Origin: Polynucleobacter sp. SHI8
Lineage (GTDB): Bacteria; Pseudomonadota; Gammaproteobacteria; Burkholderiales; Burkholderiaceae
Assembly: GCF_027944005.1 (NCBI RefSeq)
Contig: NZ_AP027204.1
Span: 2,425,249-2,457,248 of the forward strand
Length of the DNA stretch: 32,000 nucleotides
Direction of reading: 5' to 3'
Shown here: positions 31,654-32,000 of the stretch, piece by piece
Numbering within the stretch: position 1 is the first letter of the stretch
Layout of the letters: the number at the start of each line of letters is the position of its first letter
Translations under genes and position numbers: made by a program
The notes under the pieces: generated by a model
Databases searched by the model: none
What the model saw: the letters and a program-made list of their open reading frames with translations, nothing else
What the model was told of the DNA's origin: nothing

Positions 31654-31697
31654 TAGATTGCCCCATGGTCTTTAAATGCCCCAGAGGGCCAATCCAA

Positions 31698-32000
31698 TTA
31701 AATGGTTTCTGTTCTTGGGTCTTCTGAGTGACCAGAACGATGTGAACGATGGGAGGAATGAGAGGAATGAGAGTAGTGATCTGCGAAAATAACCCCAGAT
31801 TCGCTCTTTTTCATCAATAAACGATGCATTTCATCATTCTTTTGATAATCCACAACATGGGTAGTAACCCCATCTAGCTTGTTCACAGCCTTTAAATCAT
31901 CAGAAGCTGATTTTTGATCTTGTTTCTCAGTTACAGGAGCAGAAATAGCATTTGCGTGTGAGCTAAACAATGATGCTGTTGCAACACCCACAGGAATCAG
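31698..32000 (-). CDS. hxsA: His-Xaa-Ser repeat precursor protein HxsA (N-terminus outside the window)
   Basis: The C-terminus is HYS-HSS-HSS-HRS-HRS-G-HS followed by EDPRTETI. The reading frame stays open to position 32000 (...LIPVGVATASLFSSHANA|ISAP), which looks like a Sec signal peptide with an A-x-A cleavage site. Confidence 0.75.
   Translation of the reverse strand: MIPVGVATASLFSSHANAISAPVTEKQDQKSASDDLKAVNKLDGVTTHVVDYQKNDEMHRLLMKKSESGVIFADHYSHSSHSSHRSHRSGHSEDPRTETI

Overview
This is a mosaic accessory region from a Gram-negative, probably proteobacterial, chromosome. The evidence for that host type is lipoboxes, a beta-barrel outer-membrane protein ending in Phe, and a tRNA-Phe-like sequence close to the enterobacterial one. 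I could not identify the species.

Layout from left to right:
(1) 1-9.6 kb: the partial right end of an integrative element. It carries two tandem DNA methyltransferases with a ribbon-helix-helix (RHH) regulator, an ArdA-like antirestriction gene, a plasmid-type replicase/primase with iteron-like repeats, a ParB-N::MT-A70 fusion methylase, unknown cargo, and a tyrosine integrase. The integrase abuts a 45-nt copy of the 3' half of tRNA-Phe(GAA).
(2) 9.8-14.1 kb: a c-di-GMP/exopolysaccharide module with a PAS-HD-GYP protein, a GGDEF protein, a processive GT2 synthase and a beta-barrel.
(3) 14.5-17.6 kb: a sulfur-transport cassette (DUF3147-like protein, two YeeE/YedE halves, DUF2892 protein, Crp/Fnr regulator with an FNR-type box). 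It is bracketed by two more tRNA-Phe 3' fragments and by duplicated flanks.
(4) 17.8-20.1 kb: small secreted proteins and lipoproteins, plus a GC-rich cluster of palindromes.
(5) 20.1-26.5 kb: a compact recombinase-rich block with a second integrase, a catalytic-domain-only tyrosine recombinase, a clamp-loader-like AAA+ ATPase, an LRRN-motif protein, an acidic protein and a 480-bp ORF-free tract.
(6) 26.5-32.0 kb: one minus-strand operon encoding the bioinformatically defined but functionally uncharacterised His-Xaa-Ser system. It has the hxsA precursor, hxsD, and two radical-SAM maturases (hxsB, hxsC). Four translationally coupled envelope genes follow, including a di-haem MauG/cytochrome-c-peroxidase-like enzyme.

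The extended hxs operon is my best candidate for an undescribed system.

A 15-19 bp palindrome family (TGTCCTTTWAAAGGACA, variant TGTCGTTTWAAACGACA) occurs at least 11 times and marks nearly every module junction.

I found no intact tRNA, rRNA or CRISPR array. All product calls come from motif recognition by eye, not from database searches.
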